From: an uncultured Gammaproteobacteria bacterium
Lineage (GTDB): Bacteria > Pseudomonadota > Gammaproteobacteria > Xanthomonadales > SZUA-38
DNA length: 64,000 bases
Reading direction: 5' to 3'
Assembly (NCBI GenBank): GCA_964630895.1
Contig: CAZVYE010000001.1
Coordinates: forward strand, 2,319 to 66,318
The translations under genes were made by a program, and so were the position numbers. This document shows, in pieces, positions 44,797 to 58,100 of the stretch; positions within the stretch are counted from its first letter, which is position 1, and each line of letters opens with the position of its first letter. The notes under the pieces were generated by a model. The model did no database searches. It was not told the origin of the DNA and was given only the letters and a program-made list of their open reading frames with translations.

Positions 44797-47127
44797 GTGA
44801 TTAGAGATCTTCTAGAACGACGCGTCATTCAGATAGTTGGTGTCTATTTAGGCGCTATTTTCGCTATGTTTGAGTTCACCGGGCTCATCGTCGAACGTTA
44901 CGCGCTTTCCGACAACTTAATTGACATGGTGCTTGTTGGCATGCTCTCGTTTCTGCCAACAGTGATACTGATTGCCTATTTTCACGGTAAGCCTGGGAAA
45001 GACCAATGGCACCGCAGCGAGAAGATCGCAATCCCACTGAACGTGGTAGTTTCTGCGGTACTACTGGGCGTGCTGTTCCGCGGCGAGGCAGTAGAAGCCG
45101 TAGCGCACAAAGTCGAAGTCACCGACCTGGACGGTTCCCAAGTTGTGGTGGAAATCCCCAAGGAAGCTTATGTCCGGCATTTGACCCTGTTCTTCTTTGA
45201 ACCCACCGAAAGCACGGAGAAATGGTTGGGATACGCGATCCCTGATCTCATCGGTACCCATTTGAATCGAGACCCCTCGGTAGATGCCGATAATCCGTTT
45301 AATGGCTATGGCCAGGGCTTCATGTGGCGACTAGAGCGGGCAGGATTCCCAGATGGTTTCGGCGTGGATATACCCACCATGCAGGCGCTGGCCCGAGAAA
45401 GAAGACAAGATTACTTTATCCATGGGGAAGTCTCCGGCACCGCCTCTGACGCCAGAATAACCGCTCGAATTTATCGCGTTGACCCGTTTCACCTGGTTGC
45501 AGAGCAGGTAGTGACCGGGGGCGACATCTTTGAAGAATCCGACGAACTGATTGACTTCATTAAACAGGAGACAGATGTCCAACGGGGGGCCAGCGGTCTC
45601 ATAGAGAACTTCTCTGTGGCTGAATTGCTCACAGACTCCATTCCGGCATACCGATCCTATATTGCCGGTCGCGCTGCCATGCTTTTTGGCAATCGCTACC
45701 ATGAGGCAATCGACCATTGGCTTGCTGCCATCGAGCAGGACTCGCGATTTCTTCACGCTTACACGCAAGCAGCATATGCCTATATCCAGCTTGGTCATAC
45801 CGACACAGCGATGACCATGTTTAGAGACGCGCAGCCCATGATGAACAAGCTGCCCCATCGTCAGCGCCTTGCAATCCAGGCACAAATGGAAATGATTCGA
45901 GAAAACCCCGAGCGCGCTCTGGCGATTTATGAAAGCTGGGTGGAGCAGTATCCAAATGATGTGGATGCCAGGGTATCTGCTGGCTTTGCCAATATGTACA
46001 ACTTCCAGAACCTGGAAGCCAGCGCGGAGCATTTTGAACGAGCCTTGGAAATGGATCCGCAGCGTGATTTTCTTTACCAGCACATTGTCAATATTTTCCG
46101 AGCCACTGATCAACCCGATCGTGCGAAGCACTTTATCGAAGAGTATATCGCACAGCGACCGGATGAATATGAAGGGTGGGTTACGCTCGGCGATATTGCT
46201 TTAACCCAAGGTGCGCTGGACGAAGCCCAGACGCACTACGAGGCCGGTGCACTCGCGGAGAACGATATGGTCACTCCGGAACTGCGTCTGGCCAAACTTG
46301 CGTTGAAGCGCGGCGACTTTGACGAGATGCGATTGCATTTCCAGAATGCAGCGTTTATTGCACAAGCACCCATTCAAGAAGCAACCATTCACGCAGAAAG
46401 AGCTTTCGTACACCGCACGCTTGGTCAGCCCAGCCAAGCCCTGGCTGCCCTGGAAGATTGGCATGCGATAACGGCCCAGTATCGCCAGAGCCTGGACACC
46501 TATTTTATGCTGTTCATGGAATTTGACCTGTACGTGCTGGCGGGAGAAGCAGACAAAGCCAAGGCAATTTTGCAAGACGTTGACTCCCAATTGGAAGCCG
46601 GTGGCTTTGGCTTTGTTGCCGATCACGGCCGAATGATCCTAGCCATAGCTCAAAACGATCCGCAGGTCGCGCAGATGGCGTTTGAACGCCTTAACTCTGC
46701 CGTACGTGATCGAGGCCGTGTGGACTTGTTTTATCTGGTTGAATGGGCAGAAGGAATAATCGCAGCGCTTCGCGACGACCATGATCTGGCCATTGCTTTG
46801 TTTCAAAAGGCTCTGGCAACCAATTCTGGTTCAATCCAGGCGGTTAACGACCTGGAATCACGTCCGGAGATATTGCGCGCCCTGGCCCAATCGTTGCTGA
46901 AATCCGGTCGACGTGACGAAGCGATTCTAGCCGCGCGAGAAGCGCTCATCTCCTGGCCAGCAGATCCGGATACAAACCTGATCCTCGCTCAGGCGTATTT
47001 TGAGGACAATCAAAAAACGTCCGCCCGGGATGCACTGAAGATAGCGCTTCAGGCTTGGTCAGAGGCAGAACCGGGTTATCCCCCACGCGAGGCAGCACTG
47101 CAGTTAGCGCAAAAGCTAGAGCTCTAA
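44797..47127 (+). CDS. Membrane-anchored TPR-repeat protein
   Basis: About 3 TM helices sit at the N-terminus (IQIVGVYLGAIFAMFEFTGLIV, MVLVGMLSFLPTVILIAYF, VVVSAVLLGVLF). A large helical-repeat region follows, with many TPR-like A..Y/W/F..A patterns. The start codon is GTG. Confidence 0.65.
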   Translation: MIRDLLERRVIQIVGVYLGAIFAMFEFTGLIVERYALSDNLIDMVLVGMLSFLPTVILIAYFHGKPGKDQWHRSEKIAIPLNVVVSAVLLGVLFRGEAVEAVAHKVEVTDLDGSQVVVEIPKEAYVRHLTLFFFEPTESTEKWLGYAIPDLIGTHLNRDPSVDADNPFNGYGQGFMWRLERAGFPDGFGVDIPTMQALARERRQDYFIHGEVSGTASDARITARIYRVDPFHLVAEQVVTGGDIFEESDELIDFIKQETDVQRGASGLIENFSVAELLTDSIPAYRSYIAGRAAMLFGNRYHEAIDHWLAAIEQDSRFLHAYTQAAYAYIQLGHTDTAMTMFRDAQPMMNKLPHRQRLAIQAQMEMIRENPERALAIYESWVEQYPNDVDARVSAGFANMYNFQNLEASAEHFERALEMDPQRDFLYQHIVNIFRATDQPDRAKHFIEEYIAQRPDEYEGWVTLGDIALTQGALDEAQTHYEAGALAENDMVTPELRLAKLALKRGDFDEMRLHFQNAAFIAQAPIQEATIHAERAFVHRTLGQPSQALAALEDWHAITAQYRQSLDTYFMLFMEFDLYVLAGEADKAKAILQDVDSQLEAGGFGFVADHGRMILAIAQNDPQVAQMAFERLNSAVRDRGRVDLFYLVEWAEGIIAALRDDHDLAIALFQKALATNSGSIQAVNDLESRPEILRALAQSLLKSGRRDEAILAAREALISWPADPDTNLILAQAYFEDNQKTSARDALKIALQAWSEAEPGYPPREAALQLAQKLEL

Positions 47128-47305
47128 ATTCGAGCTACTTCAGGCACCTTAGCGGGCGCTGCACACATTCTGTTAACGAGCCCGGAAAACTTGTTAAATT
47201 CCTGCCGCGGAATTTTTACGCTTTATAAATCCGACCTGCGTAGAATGCGTTCTCGAGAAGCCCAAGCAACATACCTGACGGCAAGAGCGTCGAAAGGTGT
47301 AGCAC

Positions 47306-47355
47306 TAGCCCGGGACCGCACCTCACCCCCCTATCATCCCCCTGGTCCCGGGCTA
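47306..47355 (+). terminator. Strong stem-loop followed by AATTTT; candidate intrinsic terminator (of the TPR gene or of an unannotated small transcript)
   Basis: The 12-bp perfect inverted repeat tagcccgggacc (47306-47317) / ggtcccgggcta (47344-47355) encloses a 26-nt C-rich loop, gcacctcacccccctatcatccccct, and is followed by attttgg. Confidence 0.4.
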
Positions 47356-47374
47356 ATTTTGGCGCTAACAGCGC

Positions 47375-48745
47375 CTATTTCTTAATCACATAACAGGGCT
47401 CGTAGCGAGTACCTGGAAGCTTCATACGATGCTGGCTCACAAACCGCTGTAGCAGCGCATCCATTCGTTCCATAATTTCCGCATCGCCTTGCAGCTCGAA
47501 CTTCCCGCGCGCAGCAATTCTGGCAATACCTTCTTCCTTCACGTTACCAGCAACAATGCCGGAGAAAGCCCTGCGTAAATCCGCTGCCAGTTTGTGGGGC
47601 GGTCGATCGCGCTCAAGCTGCAGCGCAGCCATATTGTCGTGACTTGGAATAAACGGTTCTTGAAACTCAGGGCGAATTGTTAATCCCCAATTGAAGAAGA
47701 ACGCGTCTTTTGTTTCACGACGATAGGCGCGAACATCGTCCATTCCCGCAGCCATAACGCGGGCCACAGCATCTGGATCTTCGACGATAATCTGATATCG
47801 CTTCGTAGCCTCATCCCCAAGGGCGAACTGCAGAAATTCATCAATCTGTTCGAAGTAATCTGCCGATTCGGCCGGCCCGGTAAATACCAGCGGGAACGGC
47901 ATGTTCTCGTTCTTTGGATGCATCAAGATGCCAAGCAGATAAAGAATTTCTTCTGCGGTACCTACGCCCCCCGGAAAAACCACGATACCGTGACCAACCC
48001 GAACAAAGGCCTCAAGGCGCTTCTCTATGTCCGGCATAATGACCAGGCGGTTGACGATAGGATTGGGTGACTCAGCGGCAATAATTCCTGGTTCAGAGAT
48101 GCCAATGTAGTCGCCATCTTCAATACGCTGTTTGCTATGGGCGATGGTTGCCCCCTTCATGGGGCCTTTCATTGCGCCGGGACCGCAACCAGTGCAAATA
48201 TTCAATCCACGCAGCCCCATCGCATAACCGACTTCTTTGGTGTAATCGTATTCTTCTCGAGAAATTGAATGCCCACCCCAGCAAACCACCAGTTTAGGAT
48301 CAGTTCCAGTTCTTAGAATCTCTGCATTGCGAAGGATGGAGAACACAAAGTCTGTGGTTTGCGTTTCGCCAATACCGCCATCATCTGCTGGCTGCAGATG
48401 CGTGTGCACGTAGACGATGTCGCGAAGGACGTCAAATAGCAGTTCGCGGACACCCTCAATAATCTTGCCATCAACAAATGCATTGTTGGGCGCATTGGTC
48501 AGTTCCAGCTTAATTCCTCGATCCTGCTGGATAACCTCGATCTTAAAATCTTCATAGGTTTCCAGCACCGCGCGCGCATCGTCCTGCTCCGAACCTGTAT
48601 TTAATACTGCCAACGCACATTTTCTGAGCAAATCGTGCATTCCCCCATGACCAGCCTGGCGCAGTGCGGCTACTTCCTGCTGGGACAAAAGAGCCAGTCC
48701 CCCTGTGGGTGATATGGACACCGTATTTGTATTCTTTCCTGTCAT
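47375..48745 (-). CDS. ppnN: Pyrimidine/purine nucleotide 5'-monophosphate nucleosidase (LOG-family, YgdH)
   Basis: The 456-aa protein is collinear with E. coli PpnN as I remember it: VVCWGGHSI, LNICTGCGPGAMKGPMKGA, PNPIVNRLVIMPDIEKRLEAFVR, FPGGVGTAEEILYLLGILM, LAADLRRAFSGIVAGNVKE and QHRMKLPG. Confidence 0.9.
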   Translation of the reverse strand: MTGKNTNTVSISPTGGLALLSQQEVAALRQAGHGGMHDLLRKCALAVLNTGSEQDDARAVLETYEDFKIEVIQQDRGIKLELTNAPNNAFVDGKIIEGVRELLFDVLRDIVYVHTHLQPADDGGIGETQTTDFVFSILRNAEILRTGTDPKLVVCWGGHSISREEYDYTKEVGYAMGLRGLNICTGCGPGAMKGPMKGATIAHSKQRIEDGDYIGISEPGIIAAESPNPIVNRLVIMPDIEKRLEAFVRVGHGIVVFPGGVGTAEEILYLLGILMHPKNENMPFPLVFTGPAESADYFEQIDEFLQFALGDEATKRYQIIVEDPDAVARVMAAGMDDVRAYRRETKDAFFFNWGLTIRPEFQEPFIPSHDNMAALQLERDRPPHKLAADLRRAFSGIVAGNVKEEGIARIAARGKFELQGDAEIMERMDALLQRFVSQHRMKLPGTRYEPCYVIKK

Positions 48746-48960
48746 ATATGTTCCTTTCTAATTGTTTTTATTTGGCGGCCCTGAAGGTATAGCAACCGGC
48801 GCCACAGCTTGTGTGACGGTATGGAGTGACTTTCAAGGAAATCAGACCAGATCAGGGCCGCTCGCTCTTTCAAGCAGAAAGAGCGGGGCTGGTCTTACTC
48901 TATGCAATATCGATACGGGGGTCCAGCATTTAACATGATTTTTCTTGCCCTCTAAACGAC

Positions 48961-48985
48961 AAAGGCCGGCAAGATGCCGGCCTTT
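48961..48985 (-). terminator. Rho-independent terminator downstream of the TonB-dependent receptor gene
   Basis: aaaggccggc-aagat-gccggccttt forms a GC-rich 10-11 bp stem. On the minus strand the hairpin is followed by TTTGTCGTTT. It lies 25 nt past the receptor stop at 49010. Confidence 0.7.
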
Positions 48986-49009
48986 GAAGTAACGCTTTGT
49001 ACGAATGGA

Positions 49010-52000
49010 TTAGAACTTGAACTTCAAACCCATCTGGATCTGCCAGCGCGACTGAGCCACACCGTCCTGACGACGGAAGAAGCTGTCGCGACGCAGGTCG
49101 TAGATATAACGACCATCTTCGGTCAGACCTTCGTAGTCTACGATCTCAGCAACGTACTCAAAGCCAACCTGGTCAATGTGACCCCAATCGTCGTCGATCA
49201 GGTTACCCAGATTCAAGACGTTGAAGATAAATTCACCTTTCACGTCACCAAACGTTGGGAATTCCTGCGTAAAGCGCAGGTCCAGAGACTTGGTGTTCGG
49301 GCTCTTACAGTGATTACGGGTAACCACGGTGCCCTGGAACTGACGCAGACAAGAGTACTCGTTCACAATTTCAAAGAACTGCGCTTCTTCTGCAGGATCT
49401 GTGAATACTACGTCACCTGGGTTTGGCACGAACAACAGGTCGTTGTCGAAGATGCGGTCACCGTTGGCATCGTTGTCAAAGGTAAAGCTGAACGGACGAC
49501 CTGAACGTGATTCAAAGAACAGACCCACGCTGGTGTTGTAGTTGCCAAACAGCTGGTTGTTCCACTGCAACGCTGCGATCAAACGCTCTTGAACTTCTTG
49601 GTTAGAGGTCGAAGAAACGTTTTCATTCGGGTTGAATACTGCACGGTTATTCCAGTTAGAAATAGCACGCGAAGAAGTACCAGGGTTCACATCATCAGCT
49701 CGGCCGGTGGTATACGCCAAAGTAGCGTTCAGACCATTCTGCCAAGCCTTCGAAAACTCAACGGTGAAGTTGGTCGCTGAACCCTTGCCGGTGTTGCTGA
49801 GCAACAGCACGTCATTAAACGCTTCGTCAGAGTTGCAGCGGAAACCACTGGCATTAGCCGGATCGCAGTAGTAGGTGAAACGGCCATCCGGAAGAATACC
49901 GGTAGGTGCACCCAGGTTCAGATGCTCGTACTGAATCGCTTCGTTAACTTCTGAATGCAGTGCTTCAACAGTCATGTTGATGCCATACCACGGCAGCTCA
50001 CGATCGTATGCCAGGTTGGCACGCCAAACAGAAGGCTGCTCGAAGTTGGGGTTGATTACGTCCACGTCCTGGGTCGCAGAAAGCGCGCCGCCGGCCGGAA
50101 TGGGCTGGTTGTCAGGATCGGCACTGAAAGACAACTCACCGTCGTCAAACGAGAACTCGCGGTACACATCAACGTTGCCACCCGGGTTGGTGAACGGGTT
50201 AGACAGCCATACGCCAGCAGCTGAGCCCTGGAACAGGCCTACACCACCGCGAATCTGCTGTGCGTAATCGCCGCCCAGATCCCAGTTGAATCCAATGCGA
50301 GGCTGGAACAACTCGTTGCCATCGATAGTACCGTCGTTACGGAAACCGAAGGTTTGCTCAAACAGCGGGTTGTACAGCGGGCTATCGTCAACGCTGGGGA
50401 TGTCGTAACGGAAACCATAGGTAACGGTCAGGTTGTAGCTGATATCCCATGTGTCCTGGATAAAGAAGCCCAGGTTGTCATACGCCCAGTCCGCAGCTGG
50501 GAACGGATCGCTCGGATCGCTACCGATACGATATTGATAGAAGCTGGGATTGCCCGCTACGAAGTCAGCAACAGTGTCAAACTCATACGTACCCAGGCTG
50601 CCGAATACGAAGGTATTGAAGAAATCGTTTTCTTTGTAATCGAAACCAAACTTCAGGGTGTGGTTACCCCACAGGTACTCTGCCGCACCAAAAGCGGTCA
50701 TGGTTTCAGATGCCAGACGGTTCGCGTGACGGAATTCTTCAGTACCGAAAACAACTTCGCCACTGGTGCCGCCAACGCCTTCCACGTCCAGGATTGTTAC
50801 CTGGGGCAGACGCTGCTGGAATGTAGGCAGCTTGTCGAATTCGCTGTATGAAATATTGAACTCAGTGGTCAGGTTTGGCGTCCAGTCTGAGTACAAGTGC
50901 GCAACATATGCGTCACGATCAAAATCGTTGTTGAACCAGTAGCTACCAAATGAGAAGCCAGAACCAAAGCGGCCGCCGATTTGCACGTCGTTGCCTTCAG
51001 TCTTGGTGTACTGGAAGCTGGCGCGGTGGTTGTTAGATACGTTCCAATCCAACTTAACCAACAGCTCGTCGTCTTCTTCAATCAGGTCGCTTGGTGATTG
51101 GATCGCACCTGGATCAAATCCATAACCATTAGCAGCACTGATGATTTGCTGCAGTGCCGCGTCAGACGGCATGAAAAAGTCTGAAGGGCCCGGCTGGTTG
51201 CGCTCAAAGTGCTCGTAACTGGTGAAGAAGAACAGCTTGTCTTTCAGGATTGGGCCACCAAAGGTGAAGCCATAGATGTCTTCTTCGAACTCGCGGAAGT
51301 CATTGCCGTCTTCATCTTCGCCGATGAAGTCGTCATCGCGGAACAGGTAGTAAACACTGCCGTCAAATTCGTTGGTACCGCTCTTGGTTACTGCGTTGAT
51401 ACCTGCACCAACGAAGTTAGCCTGCGATACGTCATAGGGAGCGATGTTGATCTGGAACTCGTCGATGGCCTCGATCGAGATCACCTGATTCCGAGCTGGC
51501 AAGCCACTGCTTTCCAGGCCGAATTCGTCATTGCTTGGCACCGAATCGATAGTAATGTTGTTGTAGCGACCATTCTGACCAGCCACTGAGAGCTCAACAA
51601 AGTCATCATCCAGAACCGTTACGCGGGGGTCTAATCGAGCGTAATCGTTCAGTGAACGTGAAATGGTTGGCAGGGTGTCGATAGACTCACGCGTTACCGT
51701 GGTTTGGGTGCCCTTGTAATCTGGGCTGAAGATGCCAGCAGTTTGCGCCGTACCTACCACTTCCAGCGCGTCCAACTGTGCGGTGCCTTCGGCCATCTGC
51801 ACGTTGAGCTCGTAATCTTCTTGCAGCGCGATATAAACTTCTTCGAAGCGATCGCCCTGAAAGTCGTTCTTAGTGACTGTTACAGTGTAGGGGCCACCTA
51901 CGCGCAAACCAGAAGCGCGATACCGGCCGTTATCCTGGCTGGTGGTCTCGCGGCGTGTGCCGGTGGGCTCGTGTACGACAACAACTGTCGCGTTAGATAC

Positions 52001-52132
52001 AGGGTTGCCAGCATCGTCTGTGACTACACCAGAAATGGAAGAAGTAGTGTACTGCGCGAATGCAGGACTACTTATTAACCCACCCAGCATGACACAAAGC
52101 AAGATGCCAAGACCTTTGCGAATGTCCATCAT
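49010..52132 (-). CDS. TonB-dependent outer membrane receptor with an N-terminal carboxypeptidase-regulatory-like domain
   Basis: The signal peptide ends ...SSPAFAQ. It is followed by SISGVVTDDAGNPVSNATVVVVHEPTGTRRETTSQDNGRYRASGLRVGGPYTVTV (CarboxypepD_reg-like), then a plug and a roughly 800-aa barrel. The protein ends in the aromatic terminus GLKFKF. Confidence 0.85.
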   Translation of the reverse strand: MMDIRKGLGILLCVMLGGLISSPAFAQYTTSSISGVVTDDAGNPVSNATVVVVHEPTGTRRETTSQDNGRYRASGLRVGGPYTVTVTKNDFQGDRFEEVYIALQEDYELNVQMAEGTAQLDALEVVGTAQTAGIFSPDYKGTQTTVTRESIDTLPTISRSLNDYARLDPRVTVLDDDFVELSVAGQNGRYNNITIDSVPSNDEFGLESSGLPARNQVISIEAIDEFQINIAPYDVSQANFVGAGINAVTKSGTNEFDGSVYYLFRDDDFIGEDEDGNDFREFEEDIYGFTFGGPILKDKLFFFTSYEHFERNQPGPSDFFMPSDAALQQIISAANGYGFDPGAIQSPSDLIEEDDELLVKLDWNVSNNHRASFQYTKTEGNDVQIGGRFGSGFSFGSYWFNNDFDRDAYVAHLYSDWTPNLTTEFNISYSEFDKLPTFQQRLPQVTILDVEGVGGTSGEVVFGTEEFRHANRLASETMTAFGAAEYLWGNHTLKFGFDYKENDFFNTFVFGSLGTYEFDTVADFVAGNPSFYQYRIGSDPSDPFPAADWAYDNLGFFIQDTWDISYNLTVTYGFRYDIPSVDDSPLYNPLFEQTFGFRNDGTIDGNELFQPRIGFNWDLGGDYAQQIRGGVGLFQGSAAGVWLSNPFTNPGGNVDVYREFSFDDGELSFSADPDNQPIPAGGALSATQDVDVINPNFEQPSVWRANLAYDRELPWYGINMTVEALHSEVNEAIQYEHLNLGAPTGILPDGRFTYYCDPANASGFRCNSDEAFNDVLLLSNTGKGSATNFTVEFSKAWQNGLNATLAYTTGRADDVNPGTSSRAISNWNNRAVFNPNENVSSTSNQEVQERLIAALQWNNQLFGNYNTSVGLFFESRSGRPFSFTFDNDANGDRIFDNDLLFVPNPGDVVFTDPAEEAQFFEIVNEYSCLRQFQGTVVTRNHCKSPNTKSLDLRFTQEFPTFGDVKGEFIFNVLNLGNLIDDDWGHIDQVGFEYVAEIVDYEGLTEDGRYIYDLRRDSFFRRQDGVAQSRWQIQMGLKFKF

Positions 52133-52160
52133 TAATTGCCTTTCTCTTTTCGTTTCCGAA

Positions 52161-52191
52161 TATCACTGAAAAAATTTAAAAGTATCAGTGA
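52161..52191. promoter_or_regulatory. Inverted repeat TCACTGA-N15-TCAGTGA upstream of the receptor gene (possible operator)
   Basis: The sequence is tatcactgaaaaaatttaaaagtatcagtga. It lies 30-60 nt upstream of the receptor start (52132, minus strand) and has an AT-rich spacer. I did not recognise a Fur-box match. Confidence 0.25.
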
Positions 52192-52381
52192 CACAAATTC
52201 AGGTTTCTGGCAGCTCGTTGCTTTTCACCACTACGTCAAAGGACGTTGCAGATATTGACCCCTCAAAACAGCAAGTGCCGGCCGAACCTTAGCCTGCGTA
52301 TTCTACCAAGAAATATAAAAGTTTTGTTAAGGAATGAAATAAATTGTTTGCAAACTTTGAAGAATGTTTGCGATGGGTGTC

Positions 52382-55120
<2,739 letters not shown>

Positions 55121-55124
<4 letters not shown>

Positions 55125-58100
55125 GATGCGTTGGCTAAGCGCTCCGCTTCTGCTACATCCACTGAGACCATACGCGATACGCCCGGTTCACGCATGGTCA
55201 CGCCACTGAGCTGGTGTGCTATCTCCATAGTGATTTTATTGTGTGTCACAAATAAAAACTGCACCGTTTCAGACATCTCTTGAACCAGATTGGAGAAACG
55301 TCCTACGTTAGCATCATCCAGAGGTGCGTCCACTTCGTCCAGCATACAGAACGGAGCCGGATTGAGCTGGAAAATGGAAAACACGAATGACACGGCAGTC
55401 AACGCTTTTTCCCCGCCCGAAAGCAAGTGGATATTTGACACGCGTTTGCCTGGTGGGCGCGCCATGATGGCAACTCCAGCAGACAGCAAATCATCACCAA
55501 CCAATTCCAGATAGGCGTGGCCGCCGCCGAATAACCGGGGAAACAGCTCCTGCACCCCTGTATTGACCCGGTCAAAGGTTTCCTTGAACTGAGTTCTGGT
55601 TTGTCGATCAATCTTACCAATTGCCGCCTCTAAGGTCGTGAGTGCGGTCTCAAGATCTTCGTTCTGCGCGTCCAGGTAAGACTTACGTTCTTCCTGTTCT
55701 TTAAATTCGTCGATAGCGGCCATGTTTACCGGCTCTAGTCGCACGATCTTGCGATCCAAGTCCTCAAGATCACGCTGCCACTTATCGGGACTAGCGCCAT
55801 CTTCCAGATCACCCAACAGTGCGTTTGCGTCGGCCTCTACTTCTGCCAGCCGTTCTTCCACACTTTGCAGGCGTACTTTGAAGCTTCGTTCGCCAATTTG
55901 GGCTTTTCCAGGCTCTCGCGCAGATTCTGCAGTCCACCATCAATTTGCTGGCGCTGCTGTTCGGATTGACGCAGACCTGCATTGATTTGATCTTGCTTGC
56001 CCCGCGCTTCGGTAAGCCGCTCTTCCACGGCAATTTTCTGTTCCAACAGGGCTTTCAGACGCTGTTGCTCACCTTCCATGGGCTCATCGGACTGATTCAA
56101 TGAATCCAGCAGCTGCGCTCGCTTCGATTCAATCTGCGCAATCTGGCTTTGCATGCGCTGCAGTCCTTGTTCGGTTGAACGCAATGAAGCCTTCCGGGAC
56201 TCCAGCTCGATAGCCTGCTTTTGCGCCGCTTCCCTCGCTTCTCTTGCTTTGCCGCGCACTTGATCTCGTTGCGCCACCAAATAACGGCGCTGTTGCTCCA
56301 GCTCAGCTCGCTGACGCTCCAGATTAGCCATCTTGTCAACTGATTCTTCCAAGCGCAGTCTGGATGCTTTGACTGTCTCAGACTCTGCGGCAATTTGTTC
56401 TTGCAGCGCAGCTGACTCTTCGGCAATACGCTTATTGCGCTGGGACAGCTGTTCTATGCGTGCTTTCTTGTTTGCCAACTGGCCCGCCAGTTCGGTAACG
56501 CGACGGTGCTGCATATTGACCTGGGCCAAAGCTTCTTCGCGCTGCTTTTCTGACTCGGCGAGTTCCTTTTCGGCAGTTTGCAGCGTTTCCGCCAGTGATT
56601 CGCCCTGCTCGCGCAGTTCATCTACCGACTCAGCCAGCTGCGCAATTTCTCGTTCACGAGCAAGCACACTGTCCTGACCCTCACCGCTCGGGCGCAGGCG
56701 CAGCCATCCGTTACCCACACAGATACCTTCCGGCGTGATGTAATATTCATGCGCTGCAAGTTGATTTGTTTGGCTAAGCGCCGCATCAACGTTTGCTACG
56801 GGAATAATGCCAGTAAGACGATCAACGATCGCCTTTGGCGCCTCTACCTTCGCAGCCAATCCCGAATCGCCCCGCACTTGCGCCCCGGCAGCTACCAAAC
56901 TCAAATCGAGATCGGGGGGAAGCGTTGCTCCAGCCAATAGCTTGTCCGGACTTTCTACTACCAGCGCCTCCAGCAAACCGGCCAAAGCGGTTTCTACCGC
57001 AATTTCCCAACCGCCATCGACTTTCATGCTGTTTGCCAGACGTTTGGCCTTCTCCAGATCGTGCTCAGAAATCCAGGCACCGGTGGTGTCTGACCCCGAC
57101 TCCAGCGCCGCTTGCTGCAACGCCTGCAGAGAACTTAATCGGCCCTTCGCCTGTTGGTACTGTTCCCGCAGGCCGTTCAATGTTTCCCGTTGATTACGCA
57201 CCGTTTCGTTTTGCGTGATCAACCCCGACTTGACGTCGGCCAGCTGTCGATCCAGCTCATCAGCTTTGCTTTGCTCTATCTCGTGGGTCTCCGACAGCGC
57301 GACCTCTTGCTCCCGCAGCTGCGCCAACTCTGATTCAGGCGTTTCCTGCTTAAGCCTCTCCAGACGCGTATTTTGCTCATTGAGTTGGCGATCCAGGTGA
57401 TCAATCTTTGTTTTTTCGACTTCCGCGGTGCGCTGGTAATTACCCGTTTCACTAGAAAATGCGTCCCAACGCTCCTGCCAATCCGCCAGCGCCTGCTCAG
57501 CATCTTGCAGCGTATCTGCGGTAATGGTTTCTTCTTCTCGCGCCAACTCTACGTTGGGCGTGAGCGTTTCAATGGCCTGACGTAGCTCTTCGGATTGCAC
57601 GCGATCCAGGGCGATATGTTCTTGTAGTTCTTGCCAGTGCTGATCCGCTTCGCGATGCTCTCGCTCTTTCTGTTCACGCATATCGCGGCGATGGGCAATG
57701 TCCTGCTCAATACGCGCAATGTCACCGCCTACCGCATACAACTCGGACTGAATGGCATTGACCACTTCGGTGGCCTCCACCTGCTGACTGCGCTGATCTT
57801 CCAGTTCTGCTTCCAATGCTCGCAGTTTCGAAACCTGCGCTTCCAGGTCATTTTCAGCACGGGCAACTTCGCGATCGTGCTGTTCCAGGGTTTCTTTGAG
57901 CGCACGCCACTTGAGCGCCAGAAGCTGGGATTCTTTGAGCCGGTACTCGGTCTTTAATAGCTTGTAACGTTCCGCCTGTTTGGCTTGTCGATTCAAATGG
58001 GCAAGCTGCTTTTCTACTTCTTCGCGCAGATCACTCAATCGATCCAGGTTTTCTCTGGTGTGGCGAATTCGATGCTCTGTCTCGCGTCGACGCTCTTTGT

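Noticed and set aside
45331-46131. 266-aa ORF on the minus strand
   Set aside because: It lies entirely antisense to the 776-aa TPR protein gene. Its translation has no recognisable motifs and a shadow-ORF composition. The plus-strand gene explains the region.
48974-49504. 176-aa plus-strand ORF
   Set aside because: It is antisense to the 3' end of the TonB-dependent receptor gene and starts inside the terminator hairpin.
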